Source: a phage
Length of the DNA: 1,285 nucleotides
Strand: one strand, 5' to 3'
Sequence record: M65239.1
Part shown: positions 1-1,285 of the stretch, one piece after another
How the letters are laid out: each line of letters starts with the position of its first letter
Numbering within the stretch: position 1 is the first letter of the stretch
The notes under the pieces: generated by a model
Told to the model about the DNA's origin: nothing
The model's database searches: none
Seen by the model: the letters and a program-made list of their open reading frames with translations, nothing else
Made by a program: the position numbers and the translations under genes

Positions 1-6
1 GAATTC
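1..6. other. EcoRI recognition site (GAATTC) at the exact 5' end of the window
   Basis: Literal GAATTC at 1-6. Its position at the terminus suggests a cloning boundary. Confidence 0.6.
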
Positions 7-86
7 AATTCATCAGTGATAGTTACGTTACGCTGCGCCTTCTTTTTTTCCCTTCCAATATAAGAACTACGCAATCCGTTACTGGC

Positions 87-91
87 GGAGG
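87..91 (+). promoter_or_regulatory. Shine-Dalgarno (GGAGG) for the S gene dual starts
   Basis: GGAGG at 87-91 is 7 nt upstream of ATG 99 and 16 nt upstream of ATG 108. Confidence 0.5.
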
Positions 92-98
92 CGTTGCT

Positions 99-314
99 AT
101 GAAATCAATGGACAAAATCTCAACTGGCATTGCCTACGGAACATCTGCTGGTAGTGCGGGATACTGGTTTTTGCAGTGGTTGGATCAGGTCAGTCCGTCA
201 CAGTGGGCTGCGATTGGAGTGCTTGGAAGCCTTGTGTTGGGTTTTCTCACTTATCTGACAAATCTGTATTTCAAAATCAGAGAAGACAGACGAAAGGCTG
301 CGAGAGGTGAATAA
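99..314 (+). CDS. S: Class II holin (pinholin), phage 21 S-type; 71 aa with dual-start motif Met1-Lys2-Ser3-Met4 (long form antiholin, form starting at Met4 holin)
   Basis: ORF 99..314 (71 codons, stop TAA 312-314). The protein has two predicted transmembrane segments, a weakly hydrophobic Gly/Ala/Ser-rich TMD1 ([22 protein letters not shown]) and a more hydrophobic TMD2 ([23 protein letters not shown]), followed by a highly charged C-terminal tail ([13 protein letters not shown]). Two in-frame ATGs at 99 and 108 are separated by a Lys codon. GGAGG at 87-91 lies 7 nt upstream of the first ATG. The sequence matches my recollection of phage 21 S21; this was not verified by alignment. Confidence 0.9.
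   Translation: MKSMDKISTGIAYGTSAGSAGYWFLQWLDQVSPSQWAAIGVLGSLVLGFLTYLTNLYFKIREDRRKAARGE
304..307 (+). promoter_or_regulatory. Shine-Dalgarno (GAGG) for R, located within the 3' end of S
   Basis: GAGG at 304-307 is 6 nt upstream of the R ATG at 314. Together with the overlapping stop/start this suggests translational coupling. Confidence 0.4.
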
Positions 315-811
315 TGCCTCCATCATTACGAAAAGCCGTTGCTGCTGCTATTGGTGGCGGAGCAATTGCTATAGCATCAGTGTTAATCACTGGCCCAAGT
401 GGTAACGATGGTCTGGAAGGTGTCAGCTACATACCATACAAAGATATTGTTGGTGTATGGACTGTATGTCACGGGCATACAGGAAAAGACATCATGCTCG
501 GTAAAACGTATACCAAAGCAGAATGCAAAGCCCTCCTGAATAAAGACCTTGCCACGGTCGCCAGACAAATTAACCCGTACATCAAAGTCGATATACCGGA
601 AACAATGCGCGGCGCTCTTTACTCATTGCTTTACAACGTGGGTGCTGGCAATTTCAGAACATCGACGCTTCTTCGTAAAATAAACCAGGGCGATATCAAA
701 GGCGCATGTGATCAGCTACGTCGCTGGACATATGCTGGCGGTAAGCAATGGAAAGGTCTCATGACTCGTCGTGAGATTGAGCGTGAAATCTGTTTGTGGG
801 GTCAGCAATGA
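314..811 (+). CDS. R: SAR (signal-anchor-release) endolysin, T4-lysozyme-like muramidase family (phage 21 R21-type); 165 aa
   Basis: ORF 314..811 (stop TGA 809-811). The N-terminus has a short basic stretch (LRK) followed by a Gly/Ala-rich weakly hydrophobic segment ([20 protein letters not shown]) typical of a SAR domain. A lysozyme-type catalytic motif is present, with Glu35 (416-418), Asp44 (443-445) and Thr50 (461-463) in GLEG...[13 protein letters not shown]. The start ATG overlaps the S stop (TAATG, 312-316), and a GAGG at 304-307 is a plausible Shine-Dalgarno. Confidence 0.9.
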   Translation: MPPSLRKAVAAAIGGGAIAIASVLITGPSGNDGLEGVSYIPYKDIVGVWTVCHGHTGKDIMLGKTYTKAECKALLNKDLATVARQINPYIKVDIPETMRGALYSLLYNVGAGNFRTSTLLRKINQGDIKGACDQLRRWTYAGGKQWKGLMTRREIEREICLWGQQ

Positions 812-1269
812 ACAGAGTAACCGCGATTATCTCCGCTCTGGTTATCTGCATCATCGTCTGCCTGTCATGGGCTGTTAATCATTACCGTGATAACGCCATT
901 ACCTACAAAGCCCAGCGCGACAAAAATGCCAGAGAACTGACGCTGGCGAACCGGGTAATTACTGACATACAGATGCGTCAGCGTGATGTTGCTGCGCTCG
1001 ATGCAAAATACACGAAGGAGTTAGCTGATGCGAAAGCTGAAAATGATGCTCTGCGTGATGATGTTGCCGCTGGTCGTCGTCGGTTGCACATCAAAGCAGT
1101 CTGTCAGTCAGTGCGTGAAGCCACGACTGCCTCCGGCGTGGATAATGCAGCCTCCCCCCGACTGGCAGACACCGCTGAACGGGATTATTTCACCCTCAGA
1201 GAGAGGCTGATCACTATGCAAAAACAACTGGAAGGAACCCAGAAGTATATTAATGAGCAGTGCAGATAG
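808..1269 (+). CDS. Rz: Rz, inner-membrane spanin (i-spanin) subunit; 153 aa
   Basis: ATG at 808 overlaps the R stop (ATGA, 808-811). The N-terminus [23 protein letters not shown] is a type II signal-anchor TMD. The remainder is charged and rich in Ala/Arg/Asp/Glu/Gln, as expected for a periplasmic coiled-coil, with Cys residues in HIKAVCQSV and near the C-terminus (NEQCR). It closely resembles lambda Rz from memory. The ORF track extends the frame to a GTG at 796, but the ATG at 808 is preferred. Confidence 0.85.
   Translation: MNRVTAIISALVICIIVCLSWAVNHYRDNAITYKAQRDKNARELTLANRVITDIQMRQRDVAALDAKYTKELADAKAENDALRDDVAAGRRRLHIKAVCQSVREATTASGVDNAASPRLADTAERDYFTLRERLITMQKQLEGTQKYINEQCR
1015..1020 (+). 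promoter_or_regulatory. Shine-Dalgarno (AAGGAG) for embedded Rz1, inside the Rz coding sequence
   Basis: AAGGAG at 1015-1020 is 7 nt upstream of the Rz1 ATG at 1028. Confidence 0.55.
1028..1210 (+). CDS. Rz1: Rz1, outer-membrane lipoprotein spanin (o-spanin) subunit; 60 aa precursor, encoded entirely within Rz in the +1 frame
   Basis: ORF 1028..1210 is in frame +1 relative to Rz. The N-terminal signal peptide [20 protein letters not shown] ends in a lipobox (VVGC), with the lipid-modified Cys20 at 1085-1087. The mature 40-residue part is proline-rich (8 Pro) and contains one further Cys. A strong Shine-Dalgarno AAGGAG at 1015-1020 lies 7 nt upstream of the ATG. Confidence 0.85.
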   Translation: MRKLKMMLCVMMLPLVVVGCTSKQSVSQCVKPRLPPAWIMQPPPDWQTPLNGIISPSERG

Positions 1270-1279
1270 AGCTGCCCAT

Positions 1280-1285
1280 ATCGAT
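1280..1285. other. ClaI recognition site (ATCGAT) at the exact 3' end of the window
   Basis: Literal ATCGAT at 1280-1285, preceded by GCCCAT, which could be the left arm of a palindrome centred on the site. Confidence 0.6.

Noticed and set aside
30-50. T-run at 43-49 as a Rho-independent terminator
   Set aside because: No convincing GC-rich stem-loop lies immediately upstream of the T-run within the window; the preceding GCGCTGCGCC is not a good inverted repeat.
383-568. Minus-strand 61-aa ORF lying antisense inside the endolysin gene
   Set aside because: It is wholly contained in a strongly supported + strand CDS, has no obvious ribosome-binding site, and its translation is compositionally odd with no recognisable domain features. 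Most likely a chance ORF.
796-807. Upstream GTG at 796 as the Rz start (ORF-track extension MGSAMNRV...)
   Set aside because: The ATG at 808 overlaps the R stop in the classic ATGA arrangement and gives the N-terminus MNRVTAII... immediately preceding the signal-anchor TMD. A GTG start at 796 would add four residues translated from within R and is less parsimonious, though it cannot be fully excluded from sequence alone.
1028-1210. Treating the embedded +1-frame ORF as a spurious overlap artifact
   Set aside because: It has a strong, correctly spaced Shine-Dalgarno sequence, a canonical lipoprotein signal peptide with lipobox Cys, and a proline-rich mature domain, exactly as expected for Rz1, so it is called as a real gene.
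1-1285. CRISPR arrays, tRNA/rRNA genes, insertion sequences or a novel defence system
   Set aside because: There are no direct-repeat/spacer structures, no tRNA-like cloverleaf candidates and no transposase-like ORFs or terminal inverted repeats. The whole window is accounted for by the four lysis genes and a short leader.

Overview
This 1285-nt window is a complete, compactly arranged lambdoid-phage lysis cassette on the + strand: a small class II holin (pinholin) with a dual-start motif (99..314), a SAR-type lysozyme-family endolysin (314..811), and the spanin pair Rz (808..1269) with Rz1 (1028..1210) embedded in its +1 frame. The holin and endolysin match what I recall of S21 and R21 from lambdoid phage 21, while Rz/Rz1 look close to the lambda-type spanins; both judgements are from memory and were not checked by alignment. 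The window starts with GAATTC (EcoRI) and ends with ATCGAT (ClaI), so it is probably a cloned restriction fragment from a phage or prophage. I see no evidence of a previously undescribed system: all four genes belong to a well-characterised lysis module, and the findings below are its known but mechanistically notable features, visible directly in the sequence.
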